DNA of 64,000 nucleotides, taken from sequence record OR513085.1; one strand, 5' to 3'. The notes under the pieces are model-generated. The model was not told the DNA's origin. It saw nothing but the letters and a program-made list of their open reading frames with translations, and did not search any database. Positions 1-10,459 of this stretch are shown in pieces. Position 1 is the stretch's first letter. Each line of letters opens with the position of its first letter. Both the position numbers and the translations under genes were made by a program.

Positions 1-6
1 GCATAT

Positions 7-249
7 ATGTTCAATTCTGCTTGGGGTTATAGTAATGCATACGTATATAATGAACTTGCGGAGGCTGTTACTGATGAGCAACTTACTGCTATTTGTAAAA
101 TTTTGTCTTCACCTAAACATGCTGTTTACAGAATGCAGAAAATAGTTGATGGCTACCAGCCTAAATCATTTACTGAGGAGTATGCTGACGAACTTTCTAT
201 AGTTACTGCATATGTTCTGGCTCATGATAGCCTAGAAAACATTTATTAG
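7..249 (+). CDS. hypothetical protein (possibly 5'-truncated by window edge)
   Basis: ORF at window start, followed by a promoter-containing gap. Confidence 0.6.
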   Translation: MFNSAWGYSNAYVYNELAEAVTDEQLTAICKILSSPKHAVYRMQKIVDGYQPKSFTEEYADELSIVTAYVLAHDSLENIY

Positions 250-286
250 CAAAATTGTTAATAACTTTTGGCATTTTTATTTTAAA

Positions 287-311
287 AAGTCAATAAAAAT
301 GCCTATATTTG
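287..311 (+). promoter_or_regulatory. phage early-type promoter (AAGTC-N12-TATATTTG)
   Basis: TATATTTG at 304-311 matches the Bacteroidota -7 element TAnnTTTG; same 12-nt spacer as the other copies. Confidence 0.65.
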
Positions 312-343
312 TAATATCAAAATAACATAAAAATAAAAATCAT

Positions 344-1507
344 ATGTCAACAGAAAACTTCTTATCGTACGTTTATTCAAAATCTATCAACGAGCACCAG
401 GACAAAATTAGGACAGGTATGTCCGACCACGAGATAAGAGTTAATTCATGCCTTAAATTGGCGTTATCAGTAGCCAAACAATACCATGCACAATCAGGCA
501 CTAAAATGTCTTTAGAAGACGTAACACAATATGCATTTGAAGGAGTTTGTATAGCGTCTCAACGTTACAATGACCCTAACGTTAAGTTCTCAGCTTATGC
601 TTACCACTGGATTAAAAAATGTGTCTTAGATGCAATTAACATAACTGCAAGACCTCTAGCGGTTTCAAATGTTGAGGGCTTTGGCCGAGTTACTGACGAA
701 ATCAAATTCCTTTCAAAAGATGCTAAATTTTCCAATGGCTCTGACGACATGGAAGGTGACAAAAATCCAATTTACAATTCGTTAACTGCGGATAGTTTGA
801 CAGAAGACTTGGCTGACTATGATGTTGCAGTTAACTCAACTAGGTCTGCTATCAAAGATATGCTTTCATCACTTAATGCACATGAACTTAAAGTTACTTG
901 CTGCTATTTTGGATTGGCACCATTTGAAGCACCAAGTTCAATTCAGCAAGTTGCAGCACAATTCAGATATTCAAAACCTATTGTAGAGCTTATCATCAAC
1001 AACTCCATCATTAACATGAAAAATTATGCAGAAGCTCATGGTATGGACTTACAGGAATTGCTAACTGAAGCTAAAACGTTAAGCAATGTAAAGACTAAGG
1101 AGTCTATTGCAGATGACTACATGGACAGAGACTTCTATAAAAAGTCAGAAATTGATGACAACTTAAAAGCTATACAAGATGCTTCAGGACTAACTGACGA
1201 GCAGATGCAAATGGCAATTAACTTTGATCTTGCTGATGGTTATCACTTCATAGCTAAACGCGAAATTGCAGGATTGACTTTGTATCAACGACATACTATT
1301 ATCAAAAGGTTTGGTAATGGCCGAGTAACTTTGGCTTGCGTACACTCAATATTTGATAAGAACGGCAATATGAGAAAAGAGGAAACTTTTACGCATATCA
1401 ACAAAAGCGTACCAATTTGGGAGTTCTCGAAATATTGCAAAGAACACAGAATTAACCAAATGCATTCACCAATATTCCCTGCACCAAATGGGCAACTTAT
1501 CTACTAG
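344..1507 (+). CDS. sigma-70 family (RpoD/RpoH-like) RNA polymerase sigma factor with C-terminal extension
   Basis: region 2 motif LEDVTQYAFEGVCIASQRYN..KFSAYAYHWIKK; degenerate region 4 LNAHELKVTCCYFGL..SIQQVAAQF; about 140 extra C-terminal residues. Confidence 0.8.
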   Translation: MSTENFLSYVYSKSINEHQDKIRTGMSDHEIRVNSCLKLALSVAKQYHAQSGTKMSLEDVTQYAFEGVCIASQRYNDPNVKFSAYAYHWIKKCVLDAINITARPLAVSNVEGFGRVTDEIKFLSKDAKFSNGSDDMEGDKNPIYNSLTADSLTEDLADYDVAVNSTRSAIKDMLSSLNAHELKVTCCYFGLAPFEAPSSIQQVAAQFRYSKPIVELIINNSIINMKNYAEAHGMDLQELLTEAKTLSNVKTKESIADDYMDRDFYKKSEIDDNLKAIQDASGLTDEQMQMAINFDLADGYHFIAKREIAGLTLYQRHTIIKRFGNGRVTLACVHSIFDKNGNMRKEETFTHINKSVPIWEFSKYCKEHRINQMHSPIFPAPNGQLIY

Positions 1508-1718
1508 CAAACTGCCAGAATGGTGGGAGAGCCTTGTAAACGAAGGTCCTGAACCAACTCCAGAAGAAATAGCCAAGGAATTTGGTGACTATACAAACGA
1601 CAAAGACAATTGCCCACACAATCAAACAAATCCGATACTAGGCTTCGGTAATGAAATAATTGGAGAGTATTGCACTCAATGCGGCCAGGCATTTAATAAT
1701 TATGGCAGATTAATGTAA
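1488..1718 (+). CDS. small hypothetical protein, possible Zn ribbon
   Basis: CPH...CTQC motif; overlaps the upstream stop. Confidence 0.6.
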   Translation: MGNLSTSKLPEWWESLVNEGPEPTPEEIAKEFGDYTNDKDNCPHNQTNPILGFGNEIIGEYCTQCGQAFNNYGRLM

Positions 1719-1723
1719 CGAAT

Positions 1724-1945
1724 ATGACAAAACTAAAAATATACTTAAAAATGCTTTTCTATTCAGGCATGTTAACATTTTTCATGGTAACTGCGGTTGC
1801 TATATTCCTAGAAGTTACAATGCCGGCTCGTTACGGCTTTAAGCATTATGCATACAACTGGCTATTATTTACAATATGCTTTTCTATAGCAGCATATCAT
1901 GACGAATTAAAAGAACTTAAACAACAAAATAATAAAAACAAATGA
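1724..1945 (+). CDS. small membrane protein
   Basis: two hydrophobic segments. Confidence 0.65.
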   Translation: MTKLKIYLKMLFYSGMLTFFMVTAVAIFLEVTMPARYGFKHYAYNWLLFTICFSIAAYHDELKELKQQNNKNK

Positions 1946-2157
1946 AAAAATTCTCAGTAGCATTAGCTTCAGATAGTACACTAACACACTTCATTACAGA
2001 AGCTACTTCAGAAATAAACGCTTTAGAAATTTTAATGGAACGTCCTGAACTAAATTTTGATGATGACGAACAGAATGCTTTACCAAAAGACTACAAAGAA
2101 GCTCGTAACTATTTTATGCAGGAATTGGAAATGGAAGTTTCTGTAATTGAACTTTAA
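1942..2157 (+). CDS. hypothetical protein
   Basis: ATGA-type overlap with upstream gene. Confidence 0.65.
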   Translation: MKKFSVALASDSTLTHFITEATSEINALEILMERPELNFDDDEQNALPKDYKEARNYFMQELEMEVSVIEL

Positions 2158-2170
2158 ACAACAAATACAC

Positions 2171-2731
2171 ATGTCAGAAATTAAAAAATATCCAAAAGGA
2201 CTAGAAAAGGAACGTAGATTCTTACTTAAAGAGGACCAATTTGACCCTACAATTTTCCATAACAAAAAATTCATTCAGCAAGCTTACCTTTCAGTAGACA
2301 ATGAATCAGGTAATAACACTAGGTTACGCATTGAAGACTGGGCTAAAGCTACTATAACTCACAAGCACATCGTAGATGCGCAAACTAGACAAGAATTTGA
2401 CTTTGATGTTGATTTATCAAAAGCATCAGAATTATTTGCTAAGTCTACATGGAAGCTTGAAAAAATGAGGTACTCTAAGTTAATAATGCAGCATGGCGGC
2501 CAAGTTAATGGCGAATTGGTTGTAGACTTTTATCCAGATGGCACTGCAGTGGTAGAAATTGAATACTTTGACGAATGGCTTTACAATTTGCACCAGGCGT
2601 ATGATGGCAGAAATTTACCTGACTTATGCGGAAAGGAAATTACTGGACTTAAAGCATTCTCTAACATTACACTTGCCGCAATGATGGAAAATCAGCAATT
2701 CGATCATAACGCAGCACTTCCTGCAATTTAA
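2171..2731 (+). CDS. CYTH (triphosphate tunnel metalloenzyme) domain protein
   Basis: N-terminal ExERRF motif, RLRI, KMRY, VVEIE; likely start ATG 2171. Confidence 0.8.
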   Translation: MSEIKKYPKGLEKERRFLLKEDQFDPTIFHNKKFIQQAYLSVDNESGNNTRLRIEDWAKATITHKHIVDAQTRQEFDFDVDLSKASELFAKSTWKLEKMRYSKLIMQHGGQVNGELVVDFYPDGTAVVEIEYFDEWLYNLHQAYDGRNLPDLCGKEITGLKAFSNITLAAMMENQQFDHNAALPAI

Positions 2732-2754
2732 GCAAAAACATACATAAAGCAAAC

Positions 2755-2787
2755 AAAAGGCCGAGCGTTACTAACGCTCGGCCTTTT
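2755..2787 (+). terminator. intrinsic terminator
   Basis: 16-bp inverted repeat AAAAGGCCGAGCGTTA-C-TAACGCTCGGCCTTTT. Confidence 0.85.
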
Positions 2788-2813
2788 GTGTGTACAACAA
2801 ACTAAACGTAAGT

Positions 2814-2821
2814 TATAAATA
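2814..2821 (+). promoter_or_regulatory. T4-type late promoter motif TATAAATA
   Basis: exact T4 late consensus about 30 nt upstream of the structural gene block. Confidence 0.5.
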
Positions 2822-2849
2822 ACACATAACAATATAAACCATAAAAAGA

Positions 2850-5834
2850 ATGTCGCTATTTAAAGTTCCGGTGTTTACTAAACTAAACGCTAAAAACGGT
2901 ACGCTTTACAATTTGCAGAACTTCAACAACGATCTTACACAATCTTTGGCTAACTCAACTACTTTTAAGCGAGCGCCATCCAAATTCGTTTGTGTTAAGA
3001 TTCCAAAGTGGAACAATGCAAATGGTCGTCACGTTTACTTAGCTCCTGATAAAATTTCAACTACTCCGCTAGTTTCTGACCCTAACGTACTAATTCCAAA
3101 GCTTTTACAAAACTATGCTGAGAACATGTCTGCATATGCGTCAAAAGAGGAAATTACAGATTCCAACATTCCTGAATGGGCTTTTTGGAAATTAATGCAA
3201 ACTCTAGGTGCAGTAGACCTTGATGTTAATGCAGATGGTTCAATATTTGACAAGCTTACTGATGATGGTAATTTCGTTAAGTATGTAGGTGACATGAACT
3301 TAGTTAATTATGTCGAGTACGGCAACCGTACTTACACTGAACTTTATTTGCATATACCTTCGGATGCTAAGCCTCTTGACAAGCTTAATTGGACTAAACG
3401 TGCTACAACAACTAAGTCGTCTTCGCTATCCAGACTACCAATTCTTGAAAATGGTCAGAATACTGCGTTAGGCTTAACGCCTTCGCCTACAGAATTAACT
3501 GATGCAGTTTATGATTTTGATGATGCTGGTAATACTAAGCAATATTATGATCTTTCAAGACAAACAGACAAATCAGTACTAGATTTTGGTTCCGGTGTTT
3601 CCGTTGAAGGCGCAGAAGACTTTGACTTCAATGCAATTCTTATGTACTACGATACTTGGGAAGTTGATGCTACTGGACGTACATTCAATTTCAAAACTAA
3701 GTTAGGTTCAGTGTTTTTCCTTGACCACTTTGTGCAAAATGCTGCACAGGGCTACTGGGAAATTCCATCAATTACAAAATACAATTCTGCAGAAAACAAT
3801 ACAGTTGCAGGAAATGCATTAGCTTTCAGACTTTGTACTACATTCTTTAGCACAAATGCGCAGGCTACTATTGACACGATAATCAACCAGTACAACAACC
3901 TTTCAATGGACTTGTATGTTAAGGCGTTATCTGAAATGATGAAAACTGCCGAGTACTTCCAAAATGACCAGGGTTTAATTCAGCAAATTGCAGAACGTTT
4001 GTCTCGCCTGAACTACGGAGAGGACTTGTTTATGAAACTTGCCGAAAACGAGGCTAAGCTGCAACAACTTACAAACACAGTTAACGCACTAACAGGAGCT
4101 TCAGGTTACCAAGTTACTAACTTTGAACTATTAGATGCTTTCAAAAAATTATCTGATGACTTCAAAGGAATTAACGGGCAGAACATTGAAAACACATTCG
4201 TTTTTGGACAAACCGCGGCTGGCGAAACTATACAATTCAATAGGCTATATGCGTACATTCAAAATGGCAAGTACTCAATAGGCTATGCTGATGAAACAAT
4301 GTTACAAATTGGACTAATACGTAACAGATTGCTTAGCAAATATGGCGTTAACGCTACTAAAGCTAATGGCAAACTAACGTTAACGCTTAAAGGCGCTACA
4401 CCTCAACTAACATATGCTATCGATGGCAAAGTTTATACTAATGCTACAAACAACCAAGTAGTTCAAATTTCATTTGCTTCCGACTTATCAAAGGCATATG
4501 CATACGTTCTAGTTATCAACAAAAACAATGGTAAGCTTGAATTGTATGACTATGACTACATGAAGAAAACTGCTTTGGAAGACTTTGCATATGTAGGTTC
4601 TTTCATACTACCTACTGAAGCATTATTTGATACTAATGGCCTAGTTATTGATGACAACGACGATACTAAAGGTACAAAACTAACAAATGACTTACATGTA
4701 AGCCTAAGACCTGGCGAAAACCAAGGAACTTACGATACTGGTGATGTTATACCTGCAGGAACTACCTTAATGGAGATTGTTCAGAAAATGCTAGTAGATT
4801 CCAAAAATCAAGGTTACATAACACCTGAATTGGAAGTTACTGCAAACACAGTAGGTATGCTCGGACAGCTTAACGTTATCCCAGTAGATTGGAAAGTAAT
4901 GCAAAATGATGGAGGCGATATTGATGGCCAACATTTTACTTCTAATGCAATCACTATCAAATTCAATGTAGATTTTACGGCAGGCATTATAAAAATTGGA
5001 CAATATGAATATTCGGTTACTGACAATACTGCTTTAGGTAAACAGCAAAACCAAATGTTCACAGTAACTACTAATCAAAGTGGCGACCTTATACTGTATT
5101 CAGAGTCGTTAAAAATTAACACTACTGACTTTGGTACTATTGATAGCAATGCAGAAGACCCAACTGACCCAGGCACAGATAACGAATTCTACCAACATTC
5201 AATTATAGTTACTGCAGGTACTGCAGCCAAGGATTTAACTTTGAACATTCAGCTTGACTATGATGCTTCACTTAACTTTAAGTCTGGAAGATTTTTGTTC
5301 CCTGTAGAATTTTCTGCAAGCTTCACTAATTTACTTATTGAAGGTAGGGTAGCATTTCAGGATGGCCCAGTTAAATATGATTTTGCAGGAAATCCAATTT
5401 CAGGTAATGTGCAAGCATCTACAAAACTATTCCAGTTTACATTCGGAAAACGTTTACCTGTCATACTTTACCAAGCAGCAGATGCTAACAACGTACCTGA
5501 CATAACTACACTTAACAAAATATTCTTGTTTGATGAGAAAGCATGGTACAAATTTATGGCTCAGCCTGGATTGCCTAAGCTAATTTTTGCTACACCAAAG
5601 AACATTGGTTACGAAATACAACTTGGAGCTCTTTACGTTGATGACGTTCTACGTTCTAACTTACTAGCGGCTACTAGGTTTTCTGACGAAATAACAATTA
5701 ATAGTGAACCTTACTTCATTGATGCTTACGATATTCCGGCAGGCTTCCTTGACGTAACAAAAGTAAAAGCAATATTTGGTAAAGTCGGACAATTTGTTTC
5801 CTTCGACTCATCATATGACATGGACTTTATATAG
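2850..5834 (+). CDS. large virion structural protein (baseplate/tail associated)
   Basis: 994 aa, central coiled coil, beta-rich C-half, first gene of a late block. Confidence 0.55.
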   Translation: MSLFKVPVFTKLNAKNGTLYNLQNFNNDLTQSLANSTTFKRAPSKFVCVKIPKWNNANGRHVYLAPDKISTTPLVSDPNVLIPKLLQNYAENMSAYASKEEITDSNIPEWAFWKLMQTLGAVDLDVNADGSIFDKLTDDGNFVKYVGDMNLVNYVEYGNRTYTELYLHIPSDAKPLDKLNWTKRATTTKSSSLSRLPILENGQNTALGLTPSPTELTDAVYDFDDAGNTKQYYDLSRQTDKSVLDFGSGVSVEGAEDFDFNAILMYYDTWEVDATGRTFNFKTKLGSVFFLDHFVQNAAQGYWEIPSITKYNSAENNTVAGNALAFRLCTTFFSTNAQATIDTIINQYNNLSMDLYVKALSEMMKTAEYFQNDQGLIQQIAERLSRLNYGEDLFMKLAENEAKLQQLTNTVNALTGASGYQVTNFELLDAFKKLSDDFKGINGQNIENTFVFGQTAAGETIQFNRLYAYIQNGKYSIGYADETMLQIGLIRNRLLSKYGVNATKANGKLTLTLKGATPQLTYAIDGKVYTNATNNQVVQISFASDLSKAYAYVLVINKNNGKLELYDYDYMKKTALEDFAYVGSFILPTEALFDTNGLVIDDNDDTKGTKLTNDLHVSLRPGENQGTYDTGDVIPAGTTLMEIVQKMLVDSKNQGYITPELEVTANTVGMLGQLNVIPVDWKVMQNDGGDIDGQHFTSNAITIKFNVDFTAGIIKIGQYEYSVTDNTALGKQQNQMFTVTTNQSGDLILYSESLKINTTDFGTIDSNAEDPTDPGTDNEFYQHSIIVTAGTAAKDLTLNIQLDYDASLNFKSGRFLFPVEFSASFTNLLIEGRVAFQDGPVKYDFAGNPISGNVQASTKLFQFTFGKRLPVILYQAADANNVPDITTLNKIFLFDEKAWYKFMAQPGLPKLIFATPKNIGYEIQLGALYVDDVLRSNLLAATRFSDEITINSEPYFIDAYDIPAGFLDVTKVKAIFGKVGQFVSFDSSYDMDFI

Positions 5835-5873
5835 GCTAAGCCAATGTTACACATAGAAAACATAAAAATTTAA

Positions 5874-8270
5874 ATGAGAGCAGACAACGCACTATTAATC
5901 AATACTATCCGTAATAACAAGGCTAAAGCGAGTAATACTCGCTTCCTTGTATCGGATGCTTTAGACGCTTTGAACCAAGACAAATTTGGTGCCGAAGACA
6001 CTTATACAAAAGAGCAAATTAACGCTTTAGTAGCCGGACAAATGGGCGATGCTTATGTTCCAATGATTGGTACTACTACAGCAAAACCTTTTACTGGTGG
6101 ACTTTATGGCCGGCCTACAACAATAGACCCATTAAGACCTAGGTCTTTTAACATAGGTATGCGTGTACCTAACGATCCTACTTCATACGGCTTAAACATT
6201 CAGGCAGATACTCGTGATGCAAATAATACAGGATATACTGCAGTAACTAACATAGATGCCGGTGTAGTGTTTAATTCAACATACTACGATAATAACGCAG
6301 TAACTAAAACTGCAAAATTTAAGGCAGACATTGCGGATATTACTTTGTCATTGTCTGACGTAGTATCTGGAGTTAATGGCTTTGCAATTGAAAAGAACAA
6401 CATTGGATTTACTTACCATGCAGGGCAACCTGACCAGTACATTATAAACATGGCTAGTAGTGGACTTTATGCTACTAAGCAATTTGTACCTACATCAGAT
6501 AACCATTTTGTTCAGAAGAAATGGGTTGTAGATGCTATTGCAGGTAACACTCCACAAGGCTTTGTTCCGCTAGCAGGTACTACTGCAATGTCTGGACAAA
6601 TAATTTATACTTCAAACTTAACTCCTACTGATGGCAAAGCTTTAGTCCAAAAACAATGGGTAGATACACAAGTAGCTACTAAAATTCCTTTGGCAGGCTC
6701 GGCTAACATTACTGGAGGCTTAACTGGTACTACAATTTTTGCACCGACTAACAACAACTCATTTGTGCAAAAAGGTTGGGTTGACGGAGCTATAAGCACT
6801 GCACTTTCAGGAATTGGAGGATTTGTTCCGCTTACTGGTACAAACTCATCTAATCCAATAACTGGTAACTTGTACGGTAAAGGTAATGCTGATACTATTT
6901 TTGAATTTGGCGCAACATCTACAACATCACCAAAGTTAAGCATGATTGGTTCTGAAATTGTAGGCGTAGACAAAACGGAAATCATAACTTACGTAGACAA
7001 AAATAGGACTGAATTTACTAACAACGTTTTTCAAGGAAATTCTGCAACTATACGTACAAAAGCTTCGATTCAACAGTCAAACATAGGTGTTACGTTTATT
7101 TATGCTAATGCAGCCACTATGGCTACTGCAACTAACAGATTGGAACTAAACGAAACTATCACGGCTTCGGTTTATAGTACTGGTAGCCAGACGTATGCAA
7201 CATATAAATTTGAAGGCGACGGATTCAGAGCTTTAACTTATATAGTGCCTGCTTCAGACAACCATTATGTACAAAGAAAGTTTGTTAATGATAGCATCAA
7301 TACAGCAATTTCTGGAATAGCTATGCCTTTCATACCTTTGGCAGGTTCTACGTCAATTACTGGTGGTTTGGTAGGTACCGCACAATTTACACCTACATCT
7401 GACAACGCATTTGTTCAGAAGAAATGGGTAACAGATGCTATTGCTGCAAGTTCAGGAGGCGGAAATTTCATTCCGTTAACAGGTACTACAACTACACCAG
7501 TTTCAGGTAGAATTGAATTTAAGGATGCAGCTAATGGTACTAACACTATGTACATAGGAACACCGTTAGCTGGTCAACGTTATGGCATTGCACTTTATTC
7601 TACAGTAGGACCAAAATCTATAGAGCATACAGTTAATGTTGATGAGTTCAACTACCAAAATTCAAATCCTACAGCAACTGAATTTGCTAATATTAACGCA
7701 TCTACTACTAACGGTGCTAAGATATCGTCTTCTACAATGCGAGGAGATTCTGCAGTAACTGCATATGGTCAGAATGTTAAAATTTCAGCAAATCCTCCTG
7801 GTACTAGTGATGGTGTTAACGAAGTTACTTTTGCACCAGGTCATACTTTTACAGATCAGCCTAGAGATAACACAGCATATGGTGCTTCGGATTTTATTCA
7901 AAAAGACTACCATGACTATGCTAATAGTTGGGAATTGTTTACTAACCGTAAAATTGGTGGTATTGCTGACATGGATGGTAATGGTGTTAACTCAGAATTG
8001 TACACTATAATGGTTAAGCAAACATTTACTGCATCGCAAACAATAGTTAACATTGATGTTTCAAACTTTAATCCTAGACGAATTTTTAAAGTTGAAGGCA
8101 TTGCAGTGGATAGCAATTCAAAAAATGAAATGATGCTTAATGCATTCCATCCAGTAACTAAACGTACTACAGTAATTTTAGTAAATGATAAGCCGGACCA
8201 CATTGAATTAACATCTACTGGCGATAACTTTGACGGATACGCATTAGTATGCATTACATACATTAAGTAA
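5874..8270 (+). CDS. tail fibre protein
   Basis: G/T/S/A-rich with repeated F(V/I)PL(A/T)GT and DNxFVQKxWV modules. Confidence 0.7.
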   Translation: MRADNALLINTIRNNKAKASNTRFLVSDALDALNQDKFGAEDTYTKEQINALVAGQMGDAYVPMIGTTTAKPFTGGLYGRPTTIDPLRPRSFNIGMRVPNDPTSYGLNIQADTRDANNTGYTAVTNIDAGVVFNSTYYDNNAVTKTAKFKADIADITLSLSDVVSGVNGFAIEKNNIGFTYHAGQPDQYIINMASSGLYATKQFVPTSDNHFVQKKWVVDAIAGNTPQGFVPLAGTTAMSGQIIYTSNLTPTDGKALVQKQWVDTQVATKIPLAGSANITGGLTGTTIFAPTNNNSFVQKGWVDGAISTALSGIGGFVPLTGTNSSNPITGNLYGKGNADTIFEFGATSTTSPKLSMIGSEIVGVDKTEIITYVDKNRTEFTNNVFQGNSATIRTKASIQQSNIGVTFIYANAATMATATNRLELNETITASVYSTGSQTYATYKFEGDGFRALTYIVPASDNHYVQRKFVNDSINTAISGIAMPFIPLAGSTSITGGLVGTAQFTPTSDNAFVQKKWVTDAIAASSGGGNFIPLTGTTTTPVSGRIEFKDAANGTNTMYIGTPLAGQRYGIALYSTVGPKSIEHTVNVDEFNYQNSNPTATEFANINASTTNGAKISSSTMRGDSAVTAYGQNVKISANPPGTSDGVNEVTFAPGHTFTDQPRDNTAYGASDFIQKDYHDYANSWELFTNRKIGGIADMDGNGVNSELYTIMVKQTFTASQTIVNIDVSNFNPRRIFKVEGIAVDSNSKNEMMLNAFHPVTKRTTVILVNDKPDHIELTSTGDNFDGYALVCITYIK

Positions 8271-8309
8271 AACAACACACGACCTTTTTATATTTTCAAC
8301 ATTGTTATG

Positions 8310-8341
8310 AAAGCCGGGACTTTTTGCAGTCCTGGCTTTTT
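8310..8341 (+). terminator. intrinsic terminator
   Basis: AAAGCCGGGACT-loop-AGTCCTGGCTTTTT. Confidence 0.8.
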
Positions 8342-8349
8342 ATGCATTA

Positions 8350-8390
8350 TATGCGAAGCATGCACAACTTTAGATAAAGTTGTGTACATA
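8350..8390 (+). promoter_or_regulatory. conserved hairpin element copy 1 (TATGC..AGCATGCACAA..TTGTGTA)
   Basis: related copies at 28041, 37354 and 43126. Confidence 0.6.
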
Positions 8391-8407
8391 ATTCAAATAA
8401 TTTATAA

Positions 8408-8761
8408 ATGGAAGACTTAGCAATACTAGTACCTGGCGTAGAATCGGAAGGTGTTTATGCATTTGTCGAAGAGATTAATGCCTGCCTAAAGACCAGGCCT
8501 TATGAGGCAATTTTAGACTATACTGCAGGCCGGGCCAATGGTGAATTTTTGATTGGAGAAACTTCATTATCTGCAGGTAGAATTATAGACTTGCTAAAAG
8601 AAGACATTCAGCAAAAATGCAAAGGTTCTACAAAATATGCTTACACTATCAACGTTCAGTTCGTAAAAGGCAATCGTAATGACATGGTAGTTGTACATAT
8701 TAGCATAAATAATCCAAATAATCCACAGGAACCAATTAACTATTACCACACATTCAGATAA
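8408..8761 (+). CDS. small baseplate wedge protein (gp25-like, tentative)
   Basis: size and position immediately before the gp6-like gene. Confidence 0.4.
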   Translation: MEDLAILVPGVESEGVYAFVEEINACLKTRPYEAILDYTAGRANGEFLIGETSLSAGRIIDLLKEDIQQKCKGSTKYAYTINVQFVKGNRNDMVVVHISINNPNNPQEPINYYHTFR

Positions 8762-8763
8762 AC

Positions 8764-10452
8764 ATGAGCAACTATAAATTCAACCTTTACAAAATGTTTA
8801 GGTTTTCCCGAAATACAAACGAAATTAAGCAGCATAATTTCGAGGACCGCCTAAAATTCTTGGACAAAACTAACAACTCAGTTAACCAAATTTCGGCTAA
8901 ACTTGATGGTGTAGCTAGGAAAGCTTATCGTGATGAGGGCAAATCATACTCGGAACGTTCACCTTACCAAATGCTACTTACTGCATTTAAGGAAATTCAA
9001 AACTTTACCTCGTTTTACCTTACAAGGACAGTTAACAACAACAATATTTTAACATCAGACAACATAGTTAACACAAAAGGCTTGGCTGCGCTATCAGGAT
9101 TCGATGCTATCAATAAATCTGCAGCAACTGGTTCGGTTATCGTAACAGTCAAAGCTTTCGACAATGATACTTCTACGTTAGTTATACAAAATGGCGCTCA
9201 GCTTATCAACCGAACTAACGGAATGCAATATTTTGTTACAATGAAACAGGATTTTGAGCAATTCCATATTCGTTACAATGGTGCAATTACGCTATCTGTA
9301 GTCCAAGGAGTTAAGCATGAATTGTCATTTACTGGCTCTGGTGATAATCTACAAACTTACAATATTGGCGGTAGTGACATAGACGATGAGTTCTTGGAAG
9401 TATATGTTAACAATGTGCGTTGGCTAAGAGTTAACAAACTAACTGACATGCATTATGCGGACAAAACATTTATGGTTAGGAACTCACTACAAGGAGGTAT
9501 AAACATTCATTTTGGTACTGGCGTTAATGGTCAAATTCCAAAAACTGGTGACACTATCAAAGTTTTGTACGTTACGTCTTCGGGAGCCGATGGTAATTCA
9601 GGAGCTAATGAAACTATGGAGTTTGTAAATGGTGTTGTAGACCGACAAGGTAACTACGTAGATACTCGTAACATTCTTAAAGTCATGACAATTACTAACT
9701 TACTAGGCGGTTACAATGGCGACACGATCAAGGAGATTGCTTTGAATGCCGGAATGCAGACACCTTCAAATTTAGTTACGACAGTCGACAATTATTATGC
9801 TTTTATGCGTAAGTACGTAGAGCTTCAAGTTGTTGACGTTTGGACTGAGCCACAAACTCAGAGCGTTACAAACATGTTAGTAATGCCAAACCTACGTTCG
9901 ATATCCAACAGAAGACTTTGTACTTATTTTGACCTGGAGTTTTCAGACTTTGAAATGGATTCCGAAGAAATTGAAACATTGCATTCAAATATTGTTGGCA
10001 ATCGTAAATATCAGTTAATGTCGGCACTTAACATCTACAACTACCAACTAATTCCTTATGCAATTTGTGTTTTTGTTAAGGCTGGCAAATTTACAATACC
10101 TGAGCAAGTTTATCAAAAAGTAGTTACTGTGTTACATAATGCTTTACTTGACGAAACTGAGGAAAATGCTCAGCTTATCAGAGCATCAAAGCTTACAAAG
10201 GCTATACATGAAAATGTTGAGGAAATTTCGGAATTGTTTGTTAAGTTTGTAGGTAACACTGACTACATTAATGAATTTGGCGATATTGACACACAAAACA
10301 AAATTATTAACGAATTTGGTGACGAAGAGTTCATGGCAATTCCTTACTTTACAAAGGGAAAATATGACAACGTAGACTTCCCAACTATCCCAGTTAAAGT
10401 AATGTCTAAAGTAGGCAGCCAATGGGTCGACATTAACCAAACACAAAGCTAA
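8764..10452 (+). CDS. baseplate wedge protein (T4 gp6/baseplate J-like)
   Basis: SAATG..., IHFGTGVNGQIP, GGYNGDT..EI, VTTVDNY resemble gp6 FGDG..G / GG.D.E / VT..DY motifs. Confidence 0.7.
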   Translation: MSNYKFNLYKMFRFSRNTNEIKQHNFEDRLKFLDKTNNSVNQISAKLDGVARKAYRDEGKSYSERSPYQMLLTAFKEIQNFTSFYLTRTVNNNNILTSDNIVNTKGLAALSGFDAINKSAATGSVIVTVKAFDNDTSTLVIQNGAQLINRTNGMQYFVTMKQDFEQFHIRYNGAITLSVVQGVKHELSFTGSGDNLQTYNIGGSDIDDEFLEVYVNNVRWLRVNKLTDMHYADKTFMVRNSLQGGINIHFGTGVNGQIPKTGDTIKVLYVTSSGADGNSGANETMEFVNGVVDRQGNYVDTRNILKVMTITNLLGGYNGDTIKEIALNAGMQTPSNLVTTVDNYYAFMRKYVELQVVDVWTEPQTQSVTNMLVMPNLRSISNRRLCTYFDLEFSDFEMDSEEIETLHSNIVGNRKYQLMSALNIYNYQLIPYAICVFVKAGKFTIPEQVYQKVVTVLHNALLDETEENAQLIRASKLTKAIHENVEEISELFVKFVGNTDYINEFGDIDTQNKIINEFGDEEFMAIPYFTKGKYDNVDFPTIPVKVMSKVGSQWVDINQTQS

Positions 10453-10459
10453 ACAATAT

